Positions 13,493 to 30,279 of a stretch of DNA of 64,000 nt are shown here, one piece after another. A model generated the notes under the pieces. The model saw only the letters and a list, made by a program, of their open reading frames with translations. It had not been told where the DNA came from and made no database searches. Position 1 is the stretch's first letter. Each line of letters begins with the position of its first letter. Source of the stretch: the human T2T-CHM13v2.0 reference genome, Homo sapiens; NCBI RefSeq assembly GCF_009914755.1, contig NC_060929.1. One strand, given 5' to 3'. The translations under genes and the position numbers were made by a program.

Positions 13493-13546
13493 TTTTTTTT
13501 TTTTAATTATACTTTTAAGTTCTAGGGTACATGTGCACAACGTGCA
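13493..13546 (-). mobile_element. Ultra-short L1PA 3'-end insertion (~40 nt plus poly-A)
   Basis: attatacttttaagttctagggtacatgtgcacaacgtgca matches the L1PA 3' terminus (compare 22908-22947); flanked by gcactactttt. Confidence 0.85.
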
Positions 13547-13672
13547 CTACTTTTGAGTGTCATGTCAGTGCTCAAAAAGTTTTAGATTTTGGAGGATTTC
13601 AGATTTTCAGATTTGGGGTGCCTAACCTCTATCTCAAGGCATCTATGAAGCAGGGAGGGGATGAAATCATAA

Positions 13673-15260
13673 TGAGAGGTGACAGCGTGCTGGCAGTCCT
13701 CACAGCCCTGGCTCGCTCTCACCGCCTCCTCTGCCTGGGCTCCCACTTTGGTGGCACTTGAGGAGCCCTTCAGCCCACCGCTGCACTGTGGGAGCCCCTT
13801 TCTGGGCTGGCCAAGGCCAGAGCCCACTCCCTCAGCTTGCAGGGAGGTGTGGAGGGAGAGGCGGGAGCGGGAACCGGGGCTGCCTGCAGCGCTTGCGGGC
13901 CAGCTGGAGTTCCAGGTGGGCCTGGGCTTGGCGGGCCCCACACTCGGAGCAGCTGGCTGGGCCTGCAGGCCCCAGGCAATGAGGGACTTAGCACCCGGGC
14001 CAGCGGCTGCGGAGGGTGTACTGGGTCCCCCAGCAGTGCCAGCCCACCGTTGCTGCTCTGGATTTCTCGCCGGGCCTTAGCTGCCTTCCCGCGGAGCAGG
14101 CCTCGGGACTGCAGCCTGCCATGCCTGAGCCTACCCCCGCCTCCGTGGGCTCCTGTGCAGCCCGAGCCTCCCTGATGAGCACAGCCCCCTGCTCCACGGC
14201 ACCCAGTCCCATCGATCACCCAAGCGCTGAGGAGTGCGAGCGCATGGCGTGGGACTGGCAGGCAGCTCCACCTGCAGCCCAGGTGCAGGATCCACTGGGT
14301 GAAGCCAGCTGGGCTCTTGAGTCTGGTGGGGCCTTGGAGAACCTTTATGTCTAGCTCAGGGATTGTAAATACACCAATCGGCACTCTGTATCTAGCTCAA
14401 GGTTTGTAAACACACCAATCAGCACCCTGTGTCTAGCTCAGGGTTTGTGAGTGCACCAATGGACACTGTATCTAGCTACTCTGGTGGGGCCTTGGAGAAC
14501 CTTTATGTCTAGCTCAGGGATTGTAAATACACCAATCGGCACTCTGTATCTAGCTCAAGGTTTGTAAACACACCAATCAGCACCCTGTGTCTAGCTCAGG
14601 GTTTGTGAATGCACCAATCGACACTCTGTATCTAGCTACTCTGGTGGGGCCTTGAAGAACCTTTGTGTCCACACTCTGTATCTAGCTAATCTAGTGGGGA
14701 CTTGGAGAACCTTTGTGTCTAGCTCAGGGATTGTAAACGCACCAATCAGCACCCTGTCAAAACAGACCACTCGGCTCTACCAATCAGCGGGATGTGGGTG
14801 GGGCCAGATAAGAGAATAAAAGCAGGCTGCCCGAGCTAGCAGTGGCAACCCACTACGGTCCCCTTCCACACTGTGGAAGCTTTGTTCTTTTGCTCTTTGC
14901 AATAAATCTTGCTACTGCTCACTCTTTGGGTCCACACTGCCTTTATGAGCTGTAACACTCACTGCGAAGGTCTGCAGCTTCACTCCTGAAGCCAGCGAGA
15001 CCATGAGCCCACCGGGAGGAAGGAACAAACTCCAGACGTGCCGCCTTAAGAGCTGTAACACTCATGGCGAAGGTCTGCAGCTTCACTCCTGAGCCAGCGG
15101 GACCACGAACCCACCAGAAGGAAGAAACTCCGAACACATCCGAACATCAGAAGGAACAAACTCCAGACGCGCCACCTTAAGAGCTGTAACACTCACCGCG
15201 AGGGTCCATGGCTTCATTCTTGAAGTCAGTGAGACCAAGAACCCACCAATTCCAGACACA
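13673..15260 (+). mobile_element. Solo LTR12C (HERV9 LTR), complete, 1588 bp
   Basis: Starts tgagaggtgacagcgtgctggcag and ends aagaacccaccaattccagacaca; 4-bp TSD ATAA; GC-rich U3, CCAAT-containing tandem repeats, gagctgtaacactca U5 repeats. Confidence 0.95.
14340..14906 (+). promoter_or_regulatory. LTR12 U3 enhancer/promoter: 8 CCAAT boxes, GATA site, AATAAA TATA-equivalent, and downstream poly(A) signal
   Basis: CCAAT near 14375, 14415, 14456, 14532, 14573, 14614, 14742, 14780; GATAA 14807-14811; AATAAA 14815-14820 and 14901-14906. Confidence 0.8.
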
Positions 15261-15840
15261 ATAATGCTTCCCAGATGTAAAAATGATGCAAATGTGATAT
15301 AAATTAACAAGGGCTCTTTTAAAAGCACAATGGATAAAAATGTAATAGTGTGTAAGACCAAAACATACTGATGTGTGCTGCTTGTATAGGCTAGCATAAC
15401 AAGAGCACTGGGCTACTGACCTGAGCTGCTGAGACAATTAGGAGTTGGGAAGAAAGTGTGAGGGGTTACACACAGAAAGAGTGCTTAAGGCCCTGTATAT
15501 GGCATGGTTATCTGCAGATAAGGACAAAACCCAAAGTGGTCTGCCTTGTTTAATAAGATCTCCCTTTTAGGGGCCTCCAATTGACCAGAGGAATCTTCAA
15601 CTCACCTAGAGCAAAGGTTCAGAAGATGAAAGGGCTTTCACCTCAGCAAAGTGGAACTGATATTGTGGGAGAGTTATTGAGTAATAGACCCTCATCCTCA
15701 CATCAAACATCCCTAACCTTGCCAGACACCAGCCTCTCCCAGACAGCTCACTGAAGAAGAGGTCCAACCAAGACCATGGCTGGAACCTGGATGCTCTGAA
15801 CAGGTGATGGCAACAATGAGGTCTCTGGGGAGGAGTAAGG

Positions 15841-15843
<3 letters not shown>

Positions 15844-15901
<58 letters not shown>
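15844..15901. repeat. Perfect (TG)29 microsatellite followed by a G-run/(GA)n
   Basis: Seen directly. Confidence 0.97.
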
Positions 15902-15903
<2 letters not shown>

Positions 15904-15973
15904 GTGGGTGGGGGGGGGAGAGAGAGAATATGAATGAAGACTCTGGAAAAATATACCTTTTGAAAAAGCCACA

Positions 15974-16288
<315 letters not shown>

Positions 16289-17474
16289 TCACAGAATCTT
16301 ATTTTGCCTCTGAACACTGTTATTCCCTGACTGGTGGTGGAGTGGCAATCCTGATGGAAGGACCTACAGGACCAGATGGAGCCATATTCATGTGCCACCT
16401 CAGAAACCTCTGTCGCTGCTCGCCCATTCTACCTTTAGCTCTCCAATGTGATCACTGACTTAAAAGTCAAAGGGCAGACAAATGCTTCAAATAAAACTAG
16501 ATAACAGATATCCCTTGCAAAAAGGAGTCCTAGAATCGCTATGGAAAACACACACACACACACACACACAGGCATGCATACATATGTGCACACCTTAGTT
16601 GTATTCTGTGGATATTTAGATAGATATTTAATAGATACTTAAAGAAAGGACAAGTAAACATCCTAGGGCAAGGAATCAAGCTGGAAACTTGCTTCATCCA
16701 CATGACATTCAGTGAAAGCTGAGAAAAAGGGAAAATAAACTGAAGCAACATGAAGTAAAGAGGTTGCCTAAGAAGAGTCCCTTGTATGAAAACAGATGTT
16801 TATACCTAAACATATAAAGTGTTAATACCTAAACTATAAAAAACCCAAAACCTCCCAAGTGTTTGCAGCTGAAGTCATTTCCAGCTTTTCATGACTGTCA
16901 TGGGTAGCTTTGGGGAATATCATACATGAAGGGAATCCTCTTTCCATGGGAAATTTTGACAATTTGTGGACACAAGAAAAAGGGTGAAGCCTGAGGCATG
17001 TGACACATCATCTGAGGCACCTTTTCGGTGGGGATTTCTCTCAGGAAGAGGTCCAGCAGCTCTCTGTTTGGATGTGACTTTGCTCTTTTATTCAACTAAT
17101 ATTTGGATTAATACATCTTCTTCTGTGAGTTTTCACATCAGTATTCCCTCCTCTTTACCTTGTCTTTTCCCCCAAACACACACCACACACATTGTGAGTC
17201 AGTAGCTCACCCCCAGTGGGTCAGAGAACTAACTTCCAGCAATCATTTCTCCCCATTACAAGCTGTGGGGAACTGTGTGGGCCTGCAGATTGCTCAGGGC
17301 TCCCCTAACAGCCCCACGCTGTACGCTGTGTGCCTTGTGCTCACAGAGCATCAAAAGATGCTCACAGAGTTCAAAAGAGAGCATCATATTGAAGACCTGG
17401 CTCCTTATAAATGCAGTCTGTCATGTTTGAGCAGAGATTCTGAGACAGTTGTAGCTTGTTGCCTTATATTTGGC

Positions 17475-17636
17475 TGCTGCTAAAGTGTGGCCCATGGACC
17501 TGCAGCATCTGCAACACCTGACCGTTTGTCAGAAACGTAGAACCTCAAGCCCACAACAGAACTGCAGAATCTAAATTTGCAATTTAACAATGTCCCCAAA
17601 TGATTTTAGCTGAACATCAAAATTTGAGAAGTACTG
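17475..17636. mobile_element. MER5-family hAT MITE
   Basis: aaagtgtggcccatggacctgcagcatc ... aaatttgagaagtactg. Confidence 0.65.
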
Positions 17637-17724
17637 GTTTATGGCACTTTATCGCATTTATTTTATTTAAGAAATAGTTGCATTAATTACTATAAGCCAA
17701 GCACTCTTAAAAACACATTTTTCG

Positions 17725-17990
17725 ACTCAGGAGGCTGAAGCAGGAAGATGGCTTGAGGCCAGGAGTTTGAGACCAGCCTGGGCAAAATAGTGAGATCCCA
17801 TCTCTAAAACAGTTTTTAAAAAATCAGTCAGGCATGGTGGTGCACACCTGCAGTCTCAGCTACGCAAGAGGCTGACACAGGAGGACTGCTTGAGCTCAAG
17901 AGTTCAAGGCTGCAATGAGCCATGATCATGTCACTGTACTCAAGCCTAGGCAACAGACCAAGACCCTGACTTAAAAAAACAAACAATAAA
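17725..17990 (+). mobile_element. AluJ, 5'-truncated
   Basis: gcttgaggccaggagtttgagaccagcctgggc ... gagttcaaggctgcaatgagc. Confidence 0.85.
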
Positions 17991-18233
17991 AACCACGTTT
18001 TTCAAATAACTCATTTACTCCTAAGAACAGCCCCCTTTATAATTGTATGGTCAATAGATACTATTAAGCTTCCATTTTACAGATGAGGAAACCAAGGCAT
18101 GAAAGTGTGAAGTTTTTGCCCAAAGTTACATGGCCAGTATGGAGTGGAGAGGAGATTAGAACTCCAGAATCCATTGTATATGCCACAACTCTATGCTGCC
18201 TACCCCTTGGACACATACAAGAAATAATTAGAA

Positions 18234-18410
18234 GGTCCAGGTATGGTGGCTCATGCCTGTAATCCCAGGGCTTTGGGGAGGCCGAGTTGGGAGGACTGCT
18301 TGAGCCCAGGAGTCTGAGACTACAGTGAGTTATGATCATGCCACTGCACTCCAGCCTGAGTGACAGAGTGGGACCATGTTTCTTAAAAAAACTGTTTTAA
18401 TTTTTTAAAA
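18234..18410 (+). mobile_element. Alu monomer (FRAM-like)
   Basis: Single right-arm-type monomer; 15-bp TSD aagaaataattagaa. Confidence 0.8.
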
Positions 18411-19481
18411 AAGAAATAATTAGAATGGATTTTAAGGATGAACAACTTGCACCAGTAAAAAAAAAAAAAAAAAAAAAAAATTCTGACAGGTGTTTACAAC
18501 AATAATTGTGGAAGCTACAGATTATAGTAGAGATGTTCTACTCCAAAGGGACTATTCACTGAGGGAGGCATGTAAGAAGTGAAAGGTTTTCCCATCCCAT
18601 GCCATCGAGCACCCAGGAAAAGCAGGAGTGACAATTTGCTAAATAGAGGACACACTAGGTTAAAAATTATTACATATGAATATGTCTTTAGGACACTGTG
18701 AATGTAAGTCTGACTGGTAAAGTAAAAGGGTTTAACCTGCATGCCTGAGAACCTTAGCCTGTTAATGCCCACAAAAAAAATTAGAAACTGAGGAGAAAAG
18801 AAAGATTTTAAAAATGGTATTTTCTTGCTTTACTTTTCAAAGTCAGGTCAAAATACTTTAAAACTAGTTGCAGACCACTGGTAGAGCTAGGCCTCTGGCC
18901 TTCTGGAACCATCCATGTGGGGATGTGACTCTGGCTAACCCAGCCATTCACCCACTTTCTACTTTTGTTTCTGGGCCTTGCCTCCTTTTAAAACACCTCA
19001 TGCACAACTCTGATCTCCAATTTGTCCACAGACTTGGATTTTCCGGGCTGCTTGTTTCATAGTTCCCAGGGCAGCATTCAACAGAAACACTGGGAAATAG
19101 CACCTCAGGCTGCCATATTTTCCTGAAGCCTCCAGAAAGTGGATTTCATTCCAGTCGAAACAACACTTTTAACACATTTAGAAATGTCATTAACAGTATT
19201 GTATAGCTATCAGCCTAGAATCTGTGAATTTACTCAATCTTGAGTCCAGATGGCATGCACAAAGGACAGAGGGCAGTTATATCAGATTCCGACAATGTGA
19301 GAAAAACCCCAACAGCAATTTGTTCTCCAGTAACTCCAGAAAAAGCCTAGAAACCCCTCAAAAAATAACTTTTTATGTTCATGAAAATACACTGCTTCTG
19401 CAAATTTAAAGAAATGTACTAGTAAGCCAATTATGCAAAAAAGGCAACATTTTGGGTTAATTCTAAGAAGCAAAAGGACTT

Positions 19482-20930
19482 CATTGATTCTTTCCACAAA
19501 TATTTACTGAATAGTAACAATGTGCCAGGTTACTGTGCTAGGCCTGGGGATTCAATGGTGAATAAAGAGGGACACAGTCTCTGCTCTCATGGAGCTCAAG
19601 GTTGGGTGGGCCAAAAAGATATTAACCAACAATTCCCACGAATGAACATATCATTACAAATGGAGATAAGTAACACAAGAAATACTTAGAAGATAATATT
19701 AAAAGAAAGAAGATAATAATAAAAGAAAGATGAGAGGGCCAGGGAAGGCTGAAAAAGTGTCCCCTGAGCTGAGTTTACAGTTTGAGAACAGCTGGATGTA
19801 TCCAGTGCACAGGAGCTAGATAGGGAGTGAGAGCAGAACACACTGGAGAAACTGAAATTCAGAAAAGAAGAGAGTGGTTGATGTACAGAGAGCCTAGAGG
19901 AGAGAGGGCAAGATGAGGTAGGAGAGGAAGCCTTTTTGGCCCTGCATGGTTAAGAATTATGACTCACTTGAAGGGTTGTAAGCAGGGGCAAGGTGAGCAG
20001 ATTAGCACTTCAAAAAGATCTCTCTAGGTACAGTGTGGAGGACTGCATTGGAGGGAGGCCAAAGGAGAGATGGGAAGGCCAGTTAGGAATATTTGAAGTG
20101 CTCCAAGTGAGACAATTAGGGTAATCATAAGGGAGATGGAAAGAAGTAGACAGATTTGAGAGAGATTTAAAAGGTAAAATAATAGGACTTGGTGATGAAA
20201 TCAACATGGGAGTTCATGGAAAAGGAGAGCTCAAGGATCTTTCCAAGTTTGTTCTGGCTTCCCGTAAGTGGGTGTACATGGTCACATTCACTGAGAGAGC
20301 AAGCCTGGAAGATTAGTTTTGTGGGAAGAATCCTGAATCCATTGTTGGACTTGTGGAGTTTAAAATGCCTTACAAATACCTGGCAGGAGATGATTTATAG
20401 GCAGTTGGGTCAATTAGTTATGCAAGTCTGAGATGCAGAAAAGAGGACCGAGCTGGACATTTACTAAGGGAGTCACTGTCACATACAAAGAGAACTGAAG
20501 CTGAAACGTAAATAAGAGACGAAACGTAAATACCTAGAGAGAATGTCTGAGGTTAAAAGAGAAGTGAGCAAAAATTGATGCCTTAAAATATTCTAACACT
20601 CAATAGCTAGGTAGAGGAGGATAAGCCTGCAAAGGAGATAGAAAGGAATGAGCCAAAGAGGTGGGAGAACAGCAAGAAGACTGTGGGGTCTTGGCAGCCA
20701 GGAAAAGGGGATGCGTCCAGAGGCAGGCAATGGGCAACACAGTCAATGGCTGAAAGGTGATACAGGCAAGGGGAAAACACCCTTTTTATTTACTGACAAG
20801 GTCACTAGTGACCTTAGCATTGATTCAATGAAGTGACAATAGGGCACCATGAAGTGACAAATGCCAGAACTCAGTGGGTTGAGGAGTTTATGAGAAGTAA
20901 GAAAATGGAGACAGTAAATATAGGCAATCA
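19482..20930 (-). mobile_element. L2 LINE fragments
   Basis: Reverse L2 3' end ttcattgattc...caaatatttactga...tgtgccagg...acagtctctgctctcatggagctca followed by purine-rich L2 body. Confidence 0.65.
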
Positions 20931-20949
20931 AACAGAATCAAGCAGGAAA

Positions 20950-21470
20950 CTCAATTAGACTAAAAGCCAAAGTCCTCACAATAATCTGCAAGGCCATAAA
21001 ATCTGCCCCCTCACTACTTCTCTTCTACTACTCTTCTTTTCTCACTCCAGCCACACTGGCCTGCTTATTCTTTGAATGCACCAGCTTCCACCTCATGGCT
21101 TTTGCCTTTGCTGTTCCTTTAATCAGGAACTTTCTTCCTTCACAGAAATAAATGGCTGCTCCCTAGCCCTCAGGTCTTTGCCCCCAAAATTATTCTCTCA
21201 TCAAGGTCTCTCCTAACTACTTCATTTAATATTAAAATTAGCCTCTCACCCCTGAACTCCCTTCACTATTCCCTTCCCTGCCTTTATTTGGTATTTCTTA
21301 CTCTCTAACATATCATGCTTTGTTTTTGTTTATTTATCTCACCTCCTGTCCCATGTAAGTTTCTTAAGGTTGGCTATTTTGTTCACTGCTATATTCTCAA
21401 TGCTTAGAAGAGTCACTAGTACATAGTATGCACTCAATAAATGTATGTTGAATAAAATATTTGAATAAAT
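20950..21470 (+). mobile_element. L2 3' fragment
   Basis: aaagccaaagtcctcaca...ccagccacactggcc...acatagtatgcactcaataaatgtatgttgaataa. Confidence 0.7.
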
Positions 21471-21559
21471 TAAATAACTTTAATATATACTATCAAATAG
21501 CAACAAGAAAAAAAAAAGGCTAAAAAAGCTCCACTCATGGCAGCAATAAAATGTAGGGG

Positions 21560-22640
21560 GAAAATTAGAGAAACAAAATAAAATGAAAAATAAAGCATAA
21601 GTTGATTGTATTAGGAAAACTTCACTGACTGACATAAAAAAGACTTGAATAAATGTAGAGACATATAATCCCTCTTAACAAAAAATTGGCTTGCAGAGAT
21701 ATCAATTCTCTTTACATCAATTTAGAAACGTATCCTATTTCCAATTAAAATTCAATGGAATTTTAAAGTCCTTTTGGGAGGAAAAATATGCCTGAAAATA
21801 GCCAAGATTTTTTTTTTTGTGGGGCGGAGGGAGACAATGAGGAAGGGAGGCCACATAAAATATTAAACCATGTTATAAAGCAACAGTATTGAGCTAAGAA
21901 CAGGTAGATCAAGAAAAAAAAAAAAGATCCATAATGAGATGCAAATATATGTTTTTCAAAGTTGTACACACATTAAATTATGTATTTTCAAGTCAGTAGA
22001 GATTCATCACATGGAAGTAGGAAAAATGGTTAACCATTTGGGGGAAAATTATGTTTTCTATCATGTGCTAAAAATTCATATACACAAAAATTCCTGAGGC
22101 ATTAGATATTTAACTCCAAAATAAACCCATAAAATACTTATAAGAAAATAATGTCAATATTTATCTACTGAGCTCAGTAGAGAGAGTTTTAACATACGCA
22201 AAAGGAAAAAGTGAAGAAAAAGATTGACAGTGATAGATTTGGCTGCATAACCATATAAAGCTTATATTTTGCAAAAGGTATTACAAAATTTAAAACAAGA
22301 CGAACATTTTAGGAAAATATTTGCAACCTGACAAAAGATTAGGATCTCTAATATACGAAGACCTCTTAGAAATCAAAAGAAAAATACAAATTCCTAACAG
22401 AAGAAAGTGAGCAAAAAGAAAATTCACAAATTAGAAATACAGATAGTCAATAAATAAATGAAAAAGATGTCCAAACTCACTAGGATTCAAAGAATTGTAA
22501 AGTTAAATAATGTTATACCATATTCAGATGTTAGATGATGGAGATTTAGAAAGGTTATAATAGTTAATGTTACTGAATAGATAAGAAAATGGGCACTCTT
22601 ATAGACTGCTGATGTTAAACTCTGAAAAGCAATTAGGAAT
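21560..22640 (+). mobile_element. Highly degraded L1M(E) ORF2 remnant
   Basis: A-rich, with scattered L1 ORF2 motifs (aagacttgaataaat, aaatatttgcaac, aaatgaaaaagatgtccaaactcact). Confidence 0.55.
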
Positions 22641-22653
22641 ACATTAACCCACA

Positions 22654-22790
22654 TTTTTTTTTTTTTTAGATGGAGTCTCGTTCCATCGCTCAGGCTGGAG
22701 TGCGGTGGCGCGATCTCGGCTCACTGCAACCTCTGCCTCTAGGGTTCAAGCGATTCCCCTGCCTCAGCCTCCTGGGTAGATGGGACTATA
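22654..22790 (-). mobile_element. Alu right-arm fragment
   Basis: poly-T then agatggagtctcg...ctcactgcaacctctgcctc...gggactatagg. Confidence 0.85.
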
Positions 22791-23112
22791 GGGAACAGTG
22801 TGAGCCATAGCTAGAGTCAATCTGGCTGGAAGCAAAGAAAGAGGCTGAGATCTAGGAGGGTAGGTGAAGTTGAGTGGCCATTCTTTTTTTTTTTTAATTT
22901 TATTATTATTATACTTTAAGTTTTAGGGTACATGTGCACAACGTGCAGGTTTGTTACATATGTATACATGTGCCATGCTGGTGTGCTGCACCCACCAACT
23001 CGTCATTTAGCATTAGGTATATCTCCTAATGCTATCCCTCCCCCCTCCCCCCACCCCACAACACTTCCCGATGTGTGATGTTCCCCTTCCTGTGTCCATG
23101 TGTTCTCATTGT

Positions 23113-26934
<3,822 letters not shown>

Positions 26935-26997
26935 TATGATGTTAGCTGGTTATTTTGCTCGTTAGTTGATGCAGTTTCTTCCTAGCCTTGATCGTCT

Positions 26998-28009
26998 TTA
27001 CAATTTGGCATGTTTTTGCAGTGGCTGGTACCAGTTGTTCCTTTCCATGTTTAGTGCTTCCTTCAGGAGCTCTTTTAGGGCAGGCCTGGTGGTGACAAAA
27101 TCTCTCAGCATTTGCTTGTCTGTAAAGTATTTTATTTCTCCTTCACTTATGAAGCTTAGTTTGGCTGGATATGAAATTCTGGGTTGAAAATTCTTTTCTT
27201 TAAGAATGTTGAATATTCGTCCCCACTCTCTTCTGGCTTGTAGAGTTTCTGCCGAGAGATCAGCTGTTAGTCTGATGGGCTTCCCTTTGTGGGTAACCTG
27301 ACCTTTCCCTCTGGCTGCCCTTAACATTTTTTCCTTCATTTCAACTCTGGTGAATCTGAGAATTATGTGTCTTGGAGTTGCTCTTCTCGAGGAGTATCTT
27401 TGTGGCATTCTCTGTATTTCCTGAATTTGAATATTGGCCTGCCTTGCTAGATTGGGGAAGTTCTCCTGGATAATATCCTGCAGTGTTTTCCAACTTGGTT
27501 CCATTCTCCCTGTCACTTTCAGGTATACCAATCAGATGTAGATTTGGTCTTTTCACATAGTCCCATATTTCTTGGAGACTTTGTTCGTTTCTTTTTATTC
27601 TTTTTTCTCTAAACTTCTCTTCTCACTTCATTTCATTCATTTCGTCTTCCATCACTGATACCCTTTCTTCCAGTTGATTGCATCGGCTACTAAGGCTTCT
27701 GCCTTCGTCACGTAGCTCTCGTGCCTTGGTTTTCAGCTCCATCAGGTCTTTTAAGGACTTCTCTGCGTTGGTTATTCTAGTTATCCATTCATCTAATTTT
27801 TTTTCAAAGCTTTTAACTTCTTTGCCATTGGTTCGAATTTCCTCCTGTAACTCAGAGTCATTTGATCGTCTGAAGCCTTCTCTCAACTCGTCAAAGTCAT
27901 TCTCTGTCCAGCTTTGTTCCGCTGCTGGTGAGGAGCTGTGTTCCTTTGGAGGAGGAGAGGCACTCTGATTTTTAGAGTTTCCAGTTTTTCTGCTCTGTTT
28001 TTTTCCCAT
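26998..28009 (-). pseudogene. L1 ORF1p remnant, disrupted
   Basis: MGKKQSRKTGNSKNQSASPPPKE at 28009; premature stop at 27623; C-terminal ...ALNMERNNWYQPLQKHAKL* in another ORF ending 26998. Confidence 0.9.
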
Positions 28010-29955
28010 CTTTGTCATTTTATCTACCTTTGGTCTTTGATGATGGTGACGTACAGATGGGTTTTTGGTGTGGATGTCCTGTTTGTTAGTTTTCCTTCTA
28101 ACAGACAGGACCCTCAACTGCAGGTCTGTTGGAGTTTTCTAGAGGTCCACTCCAGACCCTTTCTGCCTGGGTATCGGCAGCGGTGGCTGCAGAGCAGCGG
28201 ATACTGGTGAACCACAGATGCTGCTGCCTGATCGTTCCTCTGGAAGTTTTGTCTCAGAGGAGTACCTGGCTGTGTGAGGTGTCAGTCCGCCTACTGGGGG
28301 GTGCCTCCCAGTTAGGCTACTCGGGGGTCAGGGACCCACTTGAGGAGGCAGTCTGCCCTTTCTCAGATCTCAAGCTGCATGCTGGGAGAACCACTACTCT
28401 CTTCAAAGCTGTCAGAGAGGGACATTTAAGTCTGCAGAGGTTACTGCTGTCTTTTTGTTTGTCTGTGCCCTGCCCCCAGAGAGGCAGGCAGGCCTCCTTG
28501 AGCTGTGGTGGGCTCCACCCAGTTCGAGCTTCCCAGCCGCTTTGTTTTCCTAATCAAACAACTAACTCAGTAATGGCGGGCGCCCCTCCCCCAGCCTTGC
28601 TGCCGCCTTGCAGTTTGATCTCAGACTGCTGTGGTAGCAATGAGTGAGACTCCGTGGGCGTGGGACCCTTCGAGCCAGGTGAGGGATATAATCTCCTGGT
28701 GTGCCGTTTTTTAAGCCCGTTGGAAAAGTGCAGTATTAGGGTCGGAGTGACCCGATTTTCCAGGTGCCGTCTGTCACCCCTTTCTTTGACTAGGAGAGGG
28801 AGTTCCCTGATCCCTTGCATTTCCCGGGTGAGGCAATGCCTTGCTCTGCTTTGGCTCACGCACGGTGCGCTGCACTCACTGTCCTGCACCTACTGTCTGG
28901 CACTCCCCAGTGAGATGAACCCAGTACCTCAGTTGGAAATGCAGAAATCACCCGTCTTCTGTGTCGCTCACGCTGGGAGCTGTAGACCGGAGCTGTTCCT
29001 ATTCGGCCATCTTCTGTGTGGCCATTCTGAGCATGGTGCATACTTCTTGCAACAAACTTACCCCTGAATAGAATAATATTCACCAATAAAGCCTAGTTGA
29101 TTGTTTATTCTCCTTTTCCTGAACCTTCCTAAGCAGTTTGCATTTTTATTTGTTTATGCATGTGTATACTTATTGCATAAGACAAAATACTCCTTAAGGT
29201 CACAAGTTATAATATATTCAACTTTGTATTCCTCTGTGCCTACAGTGTACATTCAATGAATGTTTAACAATAATAATTAATATTCTTAAATTTGTTCTGC
29301 TCTGACAGTTATCAAATTCTGTAAGTATGGAAGATTTAGGAAGTAATCTGTAAAGTAACTATTGATTGTGAATAGCAAATTATTCCTTTTAGAGAAGCTA
29401 TAATTTATATTAACAAATAAGGAGCTTTAACTAATTTACAAGATCAAAATGCAATATTTTTTGTGATTTCCTCATCCATATTATTTCACAGATGCTAATT
29501 CTGGAAGCATGTAAGCATATGGTTAGAGACAGATTAACATGGTACAGGAGTTTTCCTCTATTTTAGGAATGAGAAAAATCAAAATGCTATTTGGGAGTGT
29601 GAAGCACCGTATTTTGTCTTAAGGTAGTATTAATCTATTGGTTCATTCATTCAATGTTGATTTAGCATCTAATCAACGCATGATGTCAGGTAGTGTGAGA
29701 GATACAAAGACATTGTTGCATTCATGATGCTTACAGTCTAGCAGGCGAAAGAAGCAGAATAGAAATTACCATAATACAAGTTAGTATTGGGTAAGTTCCT
29801 TTATTTTTATTATATTATTACTTCTAAATGTTAGTTTACTGTGACTACCCAGTAACTAACCATAGAGGGATAGCTTATGAAAAGTAGACTACAAAATATT
29901 AATTTAAGAATCTCTTTCTAACTTTTATGTACCTTGGAGTAGTCAAGATAAAACT

Positions 29956-30243
29956 GGCTGGGTGCAGGGGCTCACACCTGTAATCCGAGCACTTTGGGAG
30001 GACAAGACAGGAGGATCACTTGAGTACAGGAGTTTGAGACGAGCCTGGGAAACACAGTAAGACCCCATCTCTAGAAAAAATGTTTAAATTAGCTGGGCAT
30101 GGGGGTGGATGCCTCTAGTTCCAGCTACTTGGAAGCCTGATGCGGGAGGGTTACTTGAGCCCAGGAGTGTGAGGCTGCTGTGGGCTATAATCACACTACT
30201 ATGCTCTATCCTGGATGACAGAGCAAGACCCTTTCTCAAAACA

Positions 30244-30274
<31 letters not shown>

Positions 30275-30279
30275 CAAAA
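29956..30279 (+). mobile_element. AluJ with (AAAAC)n/(AAAAAC)n tail
   Basis: Divergent dimeric Alu; microsatellite tail at 30238-30279. Confidence 0.88.

Noticed and set aside
14340-14790. Regular repeats resembling a CRISPR array
   Set aside because: These are the known LTR12 U3 enhancer repeats; there are no unique spacers and the context is human.
13531-15437. Cluster of overlapping 60-204 aa ORFs
   Set aside because: All fall in the GC-rich LTR12C and have no coding signature.
17193-17201. Isolated AP-1 motifs TGA(G/C)TCA (also near 19960, 32225, 46248)
   Set aside because: This many 7-mers is about what chance gives in 64 kb, and they are not clustered.
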